From Paragordius varius (taxonomy: Eukaryota; Animalia; Nematomorpha): a DNA stretch of 64,000 nucleotides. The stretch is from contig OZ176054.1 in NCBI GenBank assembly GCA_964247055.1, positions 5,270,001 to 5,334,000 of the forward strand, in the 5' to 3' direction. The notes beneath the pieces are model-generated. The model was not told where the DNA came from. It saw only the letters and a program-made list of their open reading frames with translations, and did no database searches. Shown here one piece after another: positions 38,601 through 51,299 of the stretch (positions are counted from its first letter, which is position 1; each line of letters starts with the position of its first letter). The position numbers and the translations under genes were made by a program.

Positions 38601-40289
38601 TTCATCCGTCAATCTTGTAATATATTTTGCATCACTAAATGCTTTGTTATTTTCAGCAATAATTTGAAATATAGAAATAATTTCTGACCAATGTTGAACT
38701 TTGTTCATTACATTATTTAAAAATGTTTTGTTGTTGTGCTTCTAATGATTTTCCAAAAAAATTATTATCTTGTTTGGATTCAGAACTATATTTACCATAT
38801 TCATTTCTATGTTTAGTTTCGTAGTGGCGACGAATATAAGAATCCTTGAACACACTCATTGATTCTTTACAATTAAACCTCAATAATAAAATATCCAAAA
38901 GTCCAATTTTCATTAAATTTGCTGTGTTCTTTAATAATTTTTGTTTGCTTTGATCTACTATTTATTTATTTTTCAATAAAATATGAATAAATCCAATAAA
39001 TTAAAAATTAACATCTATAATAGTGAAACATGGTTGTCAATTTAAGAATGTTTATGTATAAGAGTATCTGAGGAAAAGAATAAATGCTAAATTTTCGAAA
39101 AAGTTGTCATTATTTACAGACGGCATTTTGGCACGCTTACTAAAACTTTAATTTTTCTGAATGCTTTGGTGAGCCATATAAAAACACACGGCTAGCCAAG
39201 TTTGACTCGCGATAGGTTGGTAATCCTCTATTAACTTTTGGGTTAATAAAAACAAATGGTTGAAATTGCAATCTTTTTCTATCTTACATATTAAATTTTA
39301 TTATGTACGAAATTTGTTTTTATCATATGCTTCTATATTAAAAATAGCCAACAATAATGTGAATTCAACATTAATGTTCATACTGTATTATAAAAATAAT
39401 GGGGGAATAATGCTATAAATAAACTTGTAACAACCGAGATGCGCCAAACAGTTGATCATTAATATTGTGTTTTTATTCGGCAAATATGAAAAAAACATCC
39501 TTAATGTATATTTTTTGGGTTGGAAAAAATTATTGAAATGGTTAAATTATCGGGAAGAGTTACGCTTATATTTTAGCAAACATATTTTTTTAAAATTGCT
39601 TCATCTTAAAAAATTATAAAAATTTCTCTTCGCTCGAGGCAAATGGCGTTTGACCCCTGAATTTTTCGGCTTCTGTCATCCCATCATTCATTTTCCATAA
39701 ATTTTTTTCAAAATGCACCAATGGACCCCAAAAGGTGTACGGTCCATTTTATATATTTTTGCACCTAAATAGTTTGAATATTATTTTATAAAAAAATTTC
39801 TTTTTAGGTTAGACATATCATGGGATTTTTGATCGAAATCGGTACTCACAAACAGTCCTTATCCAATTTATTAGAGCTTCTAAATCCCGGCAGCCAAACA
39901 AACAAAGGAACGGTGAAATTAGCACCTGCATATCCTTTGGTTTTATGGGAAGCCAATTTTTCAAACATAAAGTGGATGTACTCAAATCTCGAAATTGTGA
40001 AAATACTCAGGCACCTTGCGGTACATTAACATATGACCGCTCAAAAAATAAAGAAATTCTATTTTTTCCATATATATAATGAAATTACTGATATTTGATA
40101 CGAATTCCATATTGTAAATTTTAAATTATATATTAATGCATAACCCTTATTTTTATAATGTTTTAGAAAATTTGGGTAGAGTATACATCCAAAGCACTTA
40201 TGCTTAAAATGATGATGGACGATCTTATAACACTTCTTGATACTGACACACTGAAGAATGGATTTATTAATATTACCGATATTTTATAA
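35686..40289 (+). CDS. PUS3: tRNA pseudouridine 38/39 synthase; exons 35686-35761, 35786-35911, 35933-36050, 36072-36363, 39808-40020, 40167-40289
   Basis: FDFS...HVFLRILYLGWDYKGF, SNYHRCGRTDKGV (catalytic Asp), LNKVLPFNIRV, SRFDC...YRY, GTHNLQNFCK, FLWHQVRHIM and APAYPLVLW. Introns of 24, 21, 21, 3444 and 146 nt. Confidence 0.93.
36860..37720. mobile_element. Fold-back element in PUS3 intron 4
   Basis: Arms ~36860-37140 and ~37410-37720 are near-perfect reverse complements (e.g. ACATGTCCCTTTTCGGTACACATATATGAGAGA / TCTCTCATATATGTGTACCGAAAAGGGACATGT). Confidence 0.8.
38237..39230 (-). mobile_element. hAT (Buster/SPIN/Charlie-like) deletion derivative
   Basis: Ends CAAGGGTCGGCAACC...GGTTGGTAATCCTCTA; minus-strand NCKESMSVFKDSYIRRHYETKH matches the zinc-binding N-terminus of Buster-type transposases. 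Confidence 0.7.
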
Positions 40290-41249
40290 ATATAAAATAT
40301 ACATCTCTTGTCTATAATTATAGTAAAAGGTATGACATTTAAATTAGAATTTAGAGATTAATAATGGTGTCAAATATATATTCTTTTTAGTTTATAATGC
40401 AAATATTGGTTATTTCATTGATTTTAAAAACTTGGTGTTTCTTATAAATGTTTCTTAAATACATGCTTGCTTTAACATATTGGGGTATTGCGAATTTTAC
40501 ATAGTAATTTATACTTTCAAATCTAAAATAATATTACAAATATTTGTAACCGCCTTGGATTTATAAAACACGGTCGCCAATCTTTTCTAACTTTGGCGGT
40601 TGCACCCTAACTGTGAAAAATAAAAGATTTTCAATTTAATATGATATAATGTTGAATAATCATATTTTGAAAAGCATCATTGATTTTAGTGTGTGGAAAT
40701 TCATATTATGTATTGAATATTACACATATCTCTGAGAGATATAATACCCAATAGTCATTTAATTTTAAATATCTCAAAAAATATTTTGCATTGAGTCAAA
40801 TTTATAAAATACTTTTCTTTGGCCTTTTACATGTATTATGTTTAATAACTTAATTATTTTTGTTAACTAAAAACCTAATTGACCTTTTCTATATTGGTTA
40901 ACTTAATTGACCTTATAATGCTTTAGTTAATTGTAAATGCTTTCACCTAAAATTATACAACCTTGCTCTAATCTCTATATAGTTTAATATATTTTATACA
41001 CAGTTAGATATTTTTTGTATTACAATAAATTCCTTTTACTATTTTAAATATAATGTTGGCGCGGTTCTCAATTATTATTATGGATAAAATAAGTGTTGAA
41101 AGTTATAACATTCATAATAACTTTACGAAATATATTAAATATTTACGAAGAAATTTATTAATTAAAGGAATACAGGAAAATAATGTGAATATTAAATCCA
41201 TCTTTCTTGGGCTATTGATAAAATTTCTAAAAACGATTCTTTTACTTCC

Positions 41250-42008
41250 TTAACATTGAAAACATTCTTGGTAGGATATTTATGAAGCTGGGGATTGGCC
41301 TACCTATCCTACACCATGTGTTAAAATTTATTAGCGATATATCGGCCCCCGTGTCGAATAACATTTCGACGTGGGTCATATTTATTCCATTTACCTTAGG
41401 TTTTATTATATTATTCACATACCTGTTATTACTGGCATATTTGTTTTGGCACTGGCTGCCAAAATGATTTCTACCTGGCATTCAAATTCCTTGCCAAAAG
41501 CTGGGCCGACCGCATTTAAAACACTGTTTACGCTAGATTTGCCTCTAACAATTTATATTTCATCATTATCTGTCATTTATTACTATCGTTAGAGCTTTCA
41601 TTATTATTACCATTATTATTACTTTCTATATTATCATTATTATTTATCGTTCTAACTGAGTTTGATTTCCGGCGAGAATTCTTATATGCTAAAGCCAAAT
41701 TTAGAACTATATATAACCCCATTGGTGTATGATTGTCTAATGCCCTCGGGTAACTGCTAAGTAATTCTGTCTCTAGCTGTTTTTCCTTCAAACCACATAT
41801 GAATACATCCCGTATTAGCTCGTCGATGTCACCTTTGAATTGGTATGCGACAGCTAAACCTTTAAGTTTTATCAAAAATTCAAAGAATCCTTCACCAGAT
41901 AGTCGTTGCGATCTAAAGAAATCAAATCGGGCTAGAAAAGTATTTTGGTTTGAAATATTTCCCCCCTAGCTTCATAAATTTCCTCTCAATAAATGTTTTC
42001 CTTTTTAA
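41250..42008 (-). repeat. Inverted copy of the gag-protease segment inside the Gypsy element
   Basis: ~41310-41960 is the reverse complement of ~42085-42740 with scattered substitutions; the ORF track shows near-identical peptides on both strands (KQLETELLSS.PRALDNHTP). Confidence 0.9.
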
Positions 42009-42899
42009 GGGGGAAAAAGAGCTCCATTTTAGAAATATTATCAAAACCCGATTGATCAAGAAAGATGAATTTAATATTCTCATTTTTTGATCCAACCAAA
42101 AATACTTGTCTAGCTCGATTTAATTTCTTTAGATCAGAATGACTATCTGGTGAAGGATTCTTGGATTTTTTTATAACACTAAAGGTTTAGCTGCCGCATG
42201 CCAGTTCAAAGGTAACATCGACGAGCTAATACGGGATGTATTTATATGTGGTTTGAAGGAAAAACAGCTAGAGACAGAATTACTTAGCAGTTCCCCGAGG
42301 GCATTAGACAATCATACACCAATAGGGTTATATAAAGTTCTAAATTTGGCTTTAGCATATAATTCTCGCCGGAAATCAAACTCAGTTAGAACGATAAATA
42401 ATAATGATAATATAGAAAGTAATAATAATGGTAATAATAATGAAAGCTCTAACGATGGTAATATTAAAATGACAGATAATAATGAAATATAACTTGTTAG
42501 ACGCAAATCTAGCGTAAACAGTGTTTTAAATGCGGTCGGCCCAGCTTGTGGCAAGGAATGTTTGAATGCCACGGTAGAAATCATTTTGGCAGCCAGTGCC
42601 AAAACAAACATGCCAGTAATAACAGGCATGTGAATAATATAATAAAACCTATGGTAAATGTAAGAATAAATATGACCCCGTCGAAATGCTATTCGACACG
42701 GGGACCGACATATCGCTAATAAATTTTAACATGTGGTCTGGAATCTGTAAGCCAAAAATAAAACCCATTAATTTAATAAAAAACACTTATGATAATAACC
42801 CTTTATACATAAAAGGAGAGACAACTGTGACTCTTGAATTAAATAAAATAACAAAACCAAAGTGCTATATAACAAAAAGACAACTTCCTTTTATATACA

Positions 42900-43352
42900 T
42901 ACCATTTGCACTTCAAGAGTGTCCTTGAATACTTCAAGTTGGTCATTAAAATTTGAATTTTCATTTAACCATAATTTTTGCATGTATTTTTTTATTCAAT
43001 TGTTTTTTAACCTGATTTTCTTTATTTATTATCAATTCATTTGAAAACAATTTAAAGAACTACTTTTTTATTTCAAACTATTTTTTTTCCAATCTAAAAA
43101 AATTATTAACTTTTTTCAATGAAAAATTGTAAATAATATCCCAAGAAACTTGTAAATTTTTTAAGTGTTAAAATCTTATAGAGACATACGGTTTTTGAAT
43201 GATTAAAATGATATTGTTTAAAATTTATGTTTAAAAATAGAAAATAGGTTAAAAACGATAATATAAATGAATGATATACTTTTTGATTGATAAAAGCTAA
43301 AAAATCAAAGGATTAACTTGAAGTCAAGGACACTCTTGAAGTGCAAATGGTA
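42900..43352. mobile_element. TA-flanked CCATTT-end MITE inserted in Gypsy pol
   Basis: TA|CCATTTGCACTTCAAGAGTGTCCTTGA...TCAAGGACACTCTTGAAGTGCAAATGG|TA. Confidence 0.85.
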
Positions 43353-44892
43353 TATTTGGTATGGATTGGATCCAACCATTCAATATTCTATTAGCTTATG
43401 AATTGTAATTATTGAATTATCTCACACAACCAATATTTACAATAAATTGTCTTTATTTGACAACAAATTGGGTTGTTGGAAAGAACCCATAAAGATATTT
43501 TTAGAAAAAATAGTAGGGGCCGGGTATTTCCGGCTAGAAGGGTTCCCTTGACCTTAGAAGGGAAATTAAGTGAAAAGATCAAAAGGCTAGTATCTTTAAA
43601 AAATATTGAACCAATGGACCCTAAGCAGTCATTTTGTTGGTTCAGTTCTATAGTAAACGTATTAAAGTCGAATAATGAGTTAAGAATGTGCGCAGATTTT
43701 AAAGTGGCAATAAAATACATCAAAACACCTCATTATATGATACCCAAATTTGATGATTTAATTTCCAAAATTCTGGTAAGACCTTATCAACATTGGATTT
43801 AAAAGATGGTTATCTTCAAATTCCAGTGCACCCGGAATCTCAAAATCTTCTTACAATATTCACACCTCTTGGGCTTTTTAAATATACAAGGCTCCCTTTT
43901 GGTCTGACTTGTGCACCTATTTTTTCCTAACAGATCATGAATAAGCTATTAGGGGATCGTAAGGGAATAGCGGTCTACCTAAATGTACAATTGGTACGGG
44001 GGAAACAGATGAAGGGCATTATAGAAACTTACAAGTATTTGAAAGATTAGAACGAATGGTTAAATTAGAAATAGTTAAGATAAAGCTTTTTCAACCGAAG
44101 GTAGAATATTTCTATATCAGAAAAAATATAAAACCAGAGAACATTAAGATTAAGCCACTTCGCGTATACAGCCCCTAAAGACAAAATAAGTCTCGATCGT
44201 TTTTATGCCTTTTAAACTTTCATTCACGATTTATACTCTTACAATTGTCACCGAACTTCATCAGCCAGCTGGTCCCAAAAGGAAATGGTGTTGGACAATA
44301 CATTTAAATATTTTTGAAAAGGCTATGTTAATAGTGAATAACACCCGTCTCTTTCCTTTTAACACAAGGCTTCGCTTATATTAAAAAAACAGATGCATCT
44401 GGAGGGTGGGGGTTCGGTCCTGTCGCACAAGCGTCGGAAGATAAACGACAACATTGCATATTTTTCAATAAAATGTTCCCTAGCTGAAAAAAAATATTCG
44501 GTTATAGAAAAAAGGCAAAAGCCTGTATTGGCTCCAGAGAAATTAAATTTTTATATGGTAGAAAATTCGATATTAGAACAAACCATAAACATCACATCAA
44601 ATTATTCGGGCATCAACGTGTAGAGTTGAACACTATATTGTTAAGATGGATTTTAAAAATATTTAATATAATGTACTACCCGGGAACCGAAAATCTAGCA
44701 GACTCACTATCAAGACTACCAACTGGGATAACTGAAAAGTTTGACAATGACGAGGATATAGCGCAAAAGGTTCGTTTGCTATGGTGTCAGGAGTTAAACT
44801 TAAACAAGGACAGGGTGCTTAAGGAAACTCTGAGCGATGAGATGTATAAACAGATTAAAGCAGCACGAAAGAATGATTAGTCTCATCTTGGG

Positions 44893-44896
<4 letters not shown>

Positions 44897-44936
<40 letters not shown>
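44897..44936. repeat. (TA)n microsatellite; shorter ones near 14968, 15388, 17823 and 19995
   Basis: Visible directly in the sequence. Confidence 0.95.
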
Positions 44937-44938
<2 letters not shown>

Positions 44939-46689
44939 TTTGATTTAATACGCATACTTTATTATCATATTGTTATCGTTGTAATTGACAAATTTAGCAT
45001 GAGGGTCGATATTCTTACTTATCTTCATAAAGGTGACCCTGGTATTTAGTCCAGGAAGCGTTAGGTAAGAAAGGTGTGTTTTGGCCTAAATTGAACCAGT
45101 ATCAAAAGATGGGTGCAAAGATGTTCAAGTTGTCAAAATCACGGTTCAAGATTGCAGTAAGCCCGACTTATAAATGGAACCCGAAAACCACCGTTTGGGA
45201 GCGATTGCATCTCGATATAGCTGGACCCGTAGATAACCTCTACTGTGCCAAAACATATAGTACCTATTGGATGGAAGTAGCACAGGCTTAAACAGTAAAC
45301 TCGATTAGTATTTTGAAACTTCTAGAAAGTTGGTATGCGCGATATGGAACCTCAGAGATGATTGTAGCTGATAATGCGTCAAATTTAAGTTCAGTGATTT
45401 TGAAAATATATTTAGTTCGAATATCAATCATGTAACTTCTGCTCCATACCACCCTCGGATAAATGATTTAGTGGAAAGGGTTATTCCAACCTTAAAAACG
45501 CACTATTATATGTCTAATGCTGAAGAAGCAATCCAGAACGCCGGTTAAACCAGGCACTGCGGGCTTACAGGTCAGAACATCACAATGGCATAAATGAGCC
45601 ACCTGCACGACTATTCCTAAAACGAAATTTACCGAAACCGCTGTCATGGATGAAAGGAAAGCCAAAGGATTATATTGATGGTACCAGATAGTATACGTGA
45701 GTTAGTTCCAAGTGAGAAAGTATTTATAAAGAAGTTAGAAGGTTGGCAACAAAGGAAAGTAGTAGAGCGAACTGAATTATTGTCATACAATATCGATGAT
45801 AGAGGTAGGGTTTTACGAAAACATACTGCGAAAAGAAATCCCAAATGAACTTAAGCGCTAACCAGAAAGACTTGGAACCGGAACAACAGAATAATAAAAA
45901 TAATAATATAATAGCCACCCCTTCTCATGGCCCCCTCATTGATAGCAATATCAATAATGATGATACCAATCCTTCCCCGGATATTTGTCAAGACTTGCAC
46001 AATATTCAACTAACTCCCAACGGCGATAAGATTGCAGAACCTCCAAGCCTTGATTAACCAGTCGAGAGACGATATCCCACCAGAAGCCGAAAAGGCCCTG
46101 ACAGATACACAAATCACTTTTAAAACATGCAAAAAGATATTCTCAAAAACTGTAGAAGTTCTACTTTGAGAAAAGGGTTTGATAATTATATTACAACCAA
46201 AACAACTTTTAAAACAGTAGCTTGTACATTACTTTGCGCTGGAGTAAAAGAAGACTCCAAAATGTCATCGGCTACAGAAAAATTGAATGAATTGTAAAAA
46301 TGTGAATTGGGATTAGTTGAGTTTGATACAGTTATATTTTTGAGACATGAAATATTCTACCCTTTTTCAAAATTAAGTAATTGTTCATTCATCAAATTAA
46401 ATTGGAAAGGTTTTTTTATATTTTAAAGCATTTTATACTGTGCGAAATCTGAGAGTTTGAAAAAATACCGTGATGAGTTATATATATTCCGATAGAAAAG
46501 ATTGTCAAGGTGGTTTTGTTGAGTGCGAGTTATACAATGCTATTTGCATCTTTGTGGTAATAAAAACGCGAATTTAGCGCACATTATGTTTGATAAAAGT
46601 TTTTGGTAGTGGCTAAATGCTTTATTCCAAATCAGTGTTCACAAAAAAATATCCTGAAAAATATATCTGATAAAGAAGTAAAGGGTTTA

Positions 46690-47200
46690 ACGTCGGAAGA
46701 TCGTCGGCCACCTGCCGTCAAGACATTCCTTACCGACCCGTAAAAGGAGCTTCAGAGCAGGGAGACATCGAAGGTTGGGTTTAATATCAGTACATATATA
46801 AATAAATGCTTCAATGTTAGGTGTGATAATGTAAGTTAATAAAGTTAATAAGCCATACTATGTCGAGTCAAATGTTTAGTTAATTTTAAGATCTTATCTT
46901 TGTTGCAAAGGGGGACTTCACTTGCTTCTAAATGAGTGTGGCCTTTAAGGTAAACCATTCGGTATTAGACATCACAAGTGTCAACGTTAGCCCTTCGTGT
47001 GACTATGTCTGTTTAACCTGCGACGCTAACCGCGGATAAATAATCATTGATCTTGCTCTGAACTAAGTGTCCGGTCAAAAGAGATGTCGAAGATTGGTAA
47101 CCAGCCCTGTTCAAAAATCAGCGGATCCAACACTTCTTCCCAATTTCATTGTCCCATGTGACATTCCATGGATAAGATTGCAACGGTACATTTAAGTTCG
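46690..47200 (-). mobile_element. Possible LINE ORF2 C-terminal remnant
   Basis: GC-richer island; minus-strand SLLTGH...DYL resembles the TQLLTGH motif of R1/Jockey-like elements. Weak. Confidence 0.3.
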
Positions 47201-47637
47201 TGGCATACATATAGAGAGAAATCCACAATATATATATTATTAGGGAAATGATCAGGATTATCATGGTGCTTTTGGTTTTGTCCTAACAAGTGATATAAGA
47301 TAGTTATTTGTACTTTTCCAATAAATGCTTTATATCAGAAAATAGCAAAATTTGCAATTAAATTTTTTGGTAGCAAAAAGCTTCATTCAAAAAAAACAAA
47401 AATATATCATAAACTACATATAAAAAGCTAATCAATATTATTAAAAACTTTCAAAGTTCAGATCAGTGTTCCAAAAATGAGCTACTTTTCTTAAAGAATA
47501 CAAAAATTCCAAGAATGCGTGTAATCATAAATATATGCTAAATTTTGTCAACTAAAATATATATTAACGAAAATAAATGCTTTTCAAAAACTAAATTTTT
47601 AGATCATTGAGGCGTCCTTCTTACCTTTGACCCAAGA

Positions 47638-48610
47638 GGTGGGGTGATAAAAAAGTCGCACTTGACTTGTAAGCCAAGCGTGGCAAGTTGAGCGAGTTTA
47701 TTTAAGCCAGCAAGTGTGCACTTGAAGATCGGTGATAAAAAAACACTTAAGTCAGTCTTTTGCTTATGAATGTAACATTTTTTTGCCACCCAATTTGAAT
47801 TTTACAGAAATTTTGATCATTTTGACCCAAAATTTATGAAATAAGGCACAAAAAGATAAACAATTAATACAATATACATTCATTGACGTTTTGATAAACT
47901 CACTGGCACGTATTTTATCTAATATTATAGAATTTTCTAAATATTGAGCCTGGTAATAATTTTTGGATTTCGCCCCTTAAACACTTTCCATTTCTTTATC
48001 ACACTACTCATTTTGTTTGGACATTTGCAAATATAATGGGAAGATGTTAATACAATATAACATATTATTATTTTCAATTGATTATCAACATTACATTCGA
48101 AATAAATTTATGATGAAATAAATTATTTACATAAGTTAATAGTGAAGCAACATTTAGCTTTTAATAAACGAAGATTTGATATTTTACAAGATTAATATTT
48201 AATTATTAATTTTAAGAAATTTTCGAGAATCCAATTTTTTTGCGGTCACGGATATATACCATATTATTAAATATTAGCAGAGTTTTTCTATACATTTATC
48301 CTCTTACCCAATGAATAGATTAATTAGCCAAAAATTTATCAATTAACAATTTATAGCATTAACAAAGGTTTGAATTACATAAATAGATTCCAAAATATTT
48401 TTTTTCCATATTTTTAAATCTGTCAAGTGCGCTCTACACCACACTTGCAAAATCTTTAAGTTTTACTTGATCATATGATTTTTTATCACCTCCGAATCAA
48501 GTGTTCTTGCTTGACTTAATTCGTGTAATGTTAAATTTTTTTATCACGAAAGCAAGCCATGACTTGAAAAACTTGCAAGTCAAGTCAAAAATTTTTTTTA
48601 TCACCCGACC
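47638..48610. mobile_element. Non-autonomous TIR element with a 5-bp direct flank
   Basis: CAAGA|GGTGGGGTGATAAAAAA...TTTTTTATCACCCGACC|CAAGA; subterminal GTGATAAAAAA and CACTTGACTTG repeats in both arms. Confidence 0.7.
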
Positions 48611-49092
48611 CAAGATGAAAACGATATAAAAACGCTTTAAGATATTATAAAAACACTTTATATATGTGATTTGATATACTAAACATTTTTATCACCTCAA
48701 AATTTTATTTAAATTTTTTGTTTGTCTAATTTATGTCAAACATAAATTCGTCTTTTACGAGAATCCACCGAAATTTGAAAACAAAGGACCTTTTAATACT
48801 TTACCTTTTGAGGTTATGTCTGTTTGCTATTCAAATTTGTTACACTTATGTATGATACAAATTGTAGTGATGATAATATATTCATATTTTTATATTATGA
48901 TGCAAATAACATATCTATTAGTTTAAACGTATGTATGTCTATGTATCATGCACATACCATCATGGATTATCTTTATCGTGTTGTTTGATATCATGTAAAC
49001 TACCTTCATAGAGTATACATATAACTCTATTTTTCTAATAAATGCATTATCATTTTCTTATACTGTCTCTATAATCTAACTTATCGTAACAT

Positions 49093-49120
49093 TGGAGGCG
49101 CCACTGAGATTCAAACTCGG
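49093..49120 (+). promoter_or_regulatory. Primer-binding site complementary to the 3' 28 nt of a tRNA (U73 discriminator, Cys-like)
   Basis: The reverse complement CCGAG-TTTGAAT-CTCAG-TGGCGCC-T-CCA reads as T-arm, acceptor 3' strand, discriminator and CCA. Confidence 0.75.
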
Positions 49121-50503
49121 ATGGTTAAATTTTGAGTCCAAAGTGCAACAAACATGACAATGCGAAATGCCAATCTCAACTGTGCATCGAAAATTATAAT
49201 GATAATACCAATTATAAGAATTGTAATAAATTAAATCAATTACAACACAACAATAGTTATAAGTTCACGACAGCCAGCATCAAAAGCTTGGACACATTCA
49301 TGCAAACCTTGTTGGAGTATCCATGGACCAAACAATTGTCCAGCCTGGAATCGCAAACGCAAAAAATGCGGAAAACCCAACCACTTCGCTAAAATGTGTA
49401 GGGTAAAGAAGCTGCCAAGAGTATGTTCAACCGCCAGATTTATAGAAAAGTAAGGCCAATGTCACCATGGACAGCAAAAATGATGATAAACAATACAGAA
49501 TTATCTAAGACACAGGAGTCGATATCAGTGTCATCTTGAGGAATGAAAGCAAGTTGGTAATTAAACTATGTTGAAAATTTTCCTTATCTATTTAAAAAGA
49601 CTTGTCAGGTAAGAATACATATAGCATTCAACGTCTTCACCAAGATTTGGCCTTGTCAACGAGTGCCCTTTCACTTAAGAGCAAAAGTTGGGAAAGAATT
49701 GCTAAGACTGCAGAAGTGAGACATTTTGGAACAGTTCCCAAAATCACACGGCTTACATGGGCCACGACCGCCAACGTACTGGAAGCAAACGGAGAGCTGA
49801 GAATCTCTAGCAACTTTACAAGTACGATCAACCCAGGTCTGTAGGATGACCATATCGAGGATTTGGTAAGTAAGATTGCCGAAGGACAGGCTTTCATTAA
49901 GATTGATCTGAAAGACGCTCACCTCCAAATGCCAATAGCTAAAGAGTCACAGCACCTTCTGACAATTTCAACGCAAAACGGATTTTTCCGCTACAAAAGG
50001 ATGCCTTTCAGATTGTCAACAACCGATAATATTTTAGCGAGTTATGGACCAGTTTAACAAATAATGGTCCCGGATGGGGGGAGAAAGCATAGATCAAATG
50101 AAACGCGTCGAGATACTCAACAACTTAACTACACCTGTTACTTAAAACAATAGTAATGAGAGTAATAACAACAATAATAATAATGGTAACCATGATGATA
50201 ATGATAATACTAGTAATGACTATAATAATGTTAAAGTAAATGGTAATAATAGTGAGATTAGTAATGATAATATAATGAAAGCCCTGCCTCGTTTTCCCCA
50301 GAGATTTCGCCGGAAACCGGTGCGGTTCTCCTATGGGTTAATGATGTTACCTATTCAACTTTATTATTGTAGAGATGATAATATATTCATATTTTTGTAT
50401 TATGATGCAAATAACGTATCTATAAGTTTACGCGTATATTTGTGTATATATCATGCAAATACCGTCATGGATTATCTTTAATTTATATTTGTGTTGTTTG
50501 ATA

Positions 50504-51137
50504 TACCATCACTTCAAGAATGTCCTTGCACACTTTAAGTTAATTCTTGAACATTTAAAGTTGGTTCACTTCAAGTTGGTCATTTGACTTTTTTGTTTTT
50601 AACTTTTATTATTCAAATTGTAAATCATTCATCTATTTTATCGTTTTAAACCTATTTTCTATTATTTAACATAAATTTTAAATCAATATCAACTTTTAAT
50701 CATTCAGAAACCGTATGTCTCTAATAATTTCTCATAATTATTTTGGATATTAATAAGATTATTTTAACACTTAATTAAAAAATATATAAGTTTGGGTTAT
50801 TATACACAATTTTTCATCGAAAACATTTAAAGGTTAATAATTTTATAAAATTGCAAAAAAATTAGTTTGGAACAAAAAAGTGGTTTTTAAATAAATTACT
50901 TTTAAATGAATAAATATATAATAAATAAAGAAAATCAGGTTAAAAAACAATGGAATAAAAAATACATGCAAAAATTATGGTTAAATAATTTTAAGGAACA
51001 ATATGAAGTTTTCAAGGACCAACAATGTTTAAGGCATAACTTGAAGTTTTCACCAACTTGGAGAGTTCAAGGACCAAATTAAAATGCTCAAGGACGAACT
51101 TGAAGTGTTCAAGGACACTCTTAAAGTTCAAAATGTA
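50504..51137. mobile_element. TA-flanked MITE related to 42900-43352, inserted in the 3' LTR
   Basis: TA|CCATCACTTCAAGAATGTCCTTG...CAAGGACACTCTTAAAGTTCAAAATG|TA; LTR homology resumes on both sides. Confidence 0.8.
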
Positions 51138-51299
51138 TATCATGTAAATTACCTTCATAAAAAATTTTATATATGTAACTCTATTTTTCTAATAAACTCA
51201 TCATTTTCTTACACTATCTCAATGATACAATTAACATAACAGCCCTGTGCGTTGAAATCGTTATCTTAAAAAGTTAGGTCAGTTACAAAATTAAGCTTT

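Larger units (their letters stand above)
41055..46110 (+). mobile_element. Decayed Ty3/Gypsy retrotransposon internal region (gag, protease, RT, RNase H, integrase)
   Basis: gag IRDVFICGL and a CX2CX4HX4C-type knuckle; protease MLFDTGxDISLI; RT LRMCADFK and IKYTRLPFG-like stretches; RNase H EKKYSVIEK and ENLADSLSRLP; integrase WERLHLDIAGP. Many frameshifts; LTRs not identified. Confidence 0.9.
48863..51241 (+). mobile_element. Internally deleted Ty3/Gypsy element with both LTRs (48863-49091 and 50368-51241, the latter split by a MITE)
   Basis: TG...CA direct repeats of ~230 bp with visible divergence; PBS directly after the 5' LTR; gag knuckle remnant CPAWNRKRKKCGKPNHFAKMC; RT FIKIDLKDAHLQMP...GFFRYKRMPF. 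Confidence 0.88.

Noticed and set aside
41250-42008. ~45-bp imperfect inverted repeats bounded by TTAA, suggesting a DNA transposon that captured a gag fragment
   Set aside because: The apparent TIRs translate as gag sequence and are explained by the inverted duplication overlapping its upstream flank.
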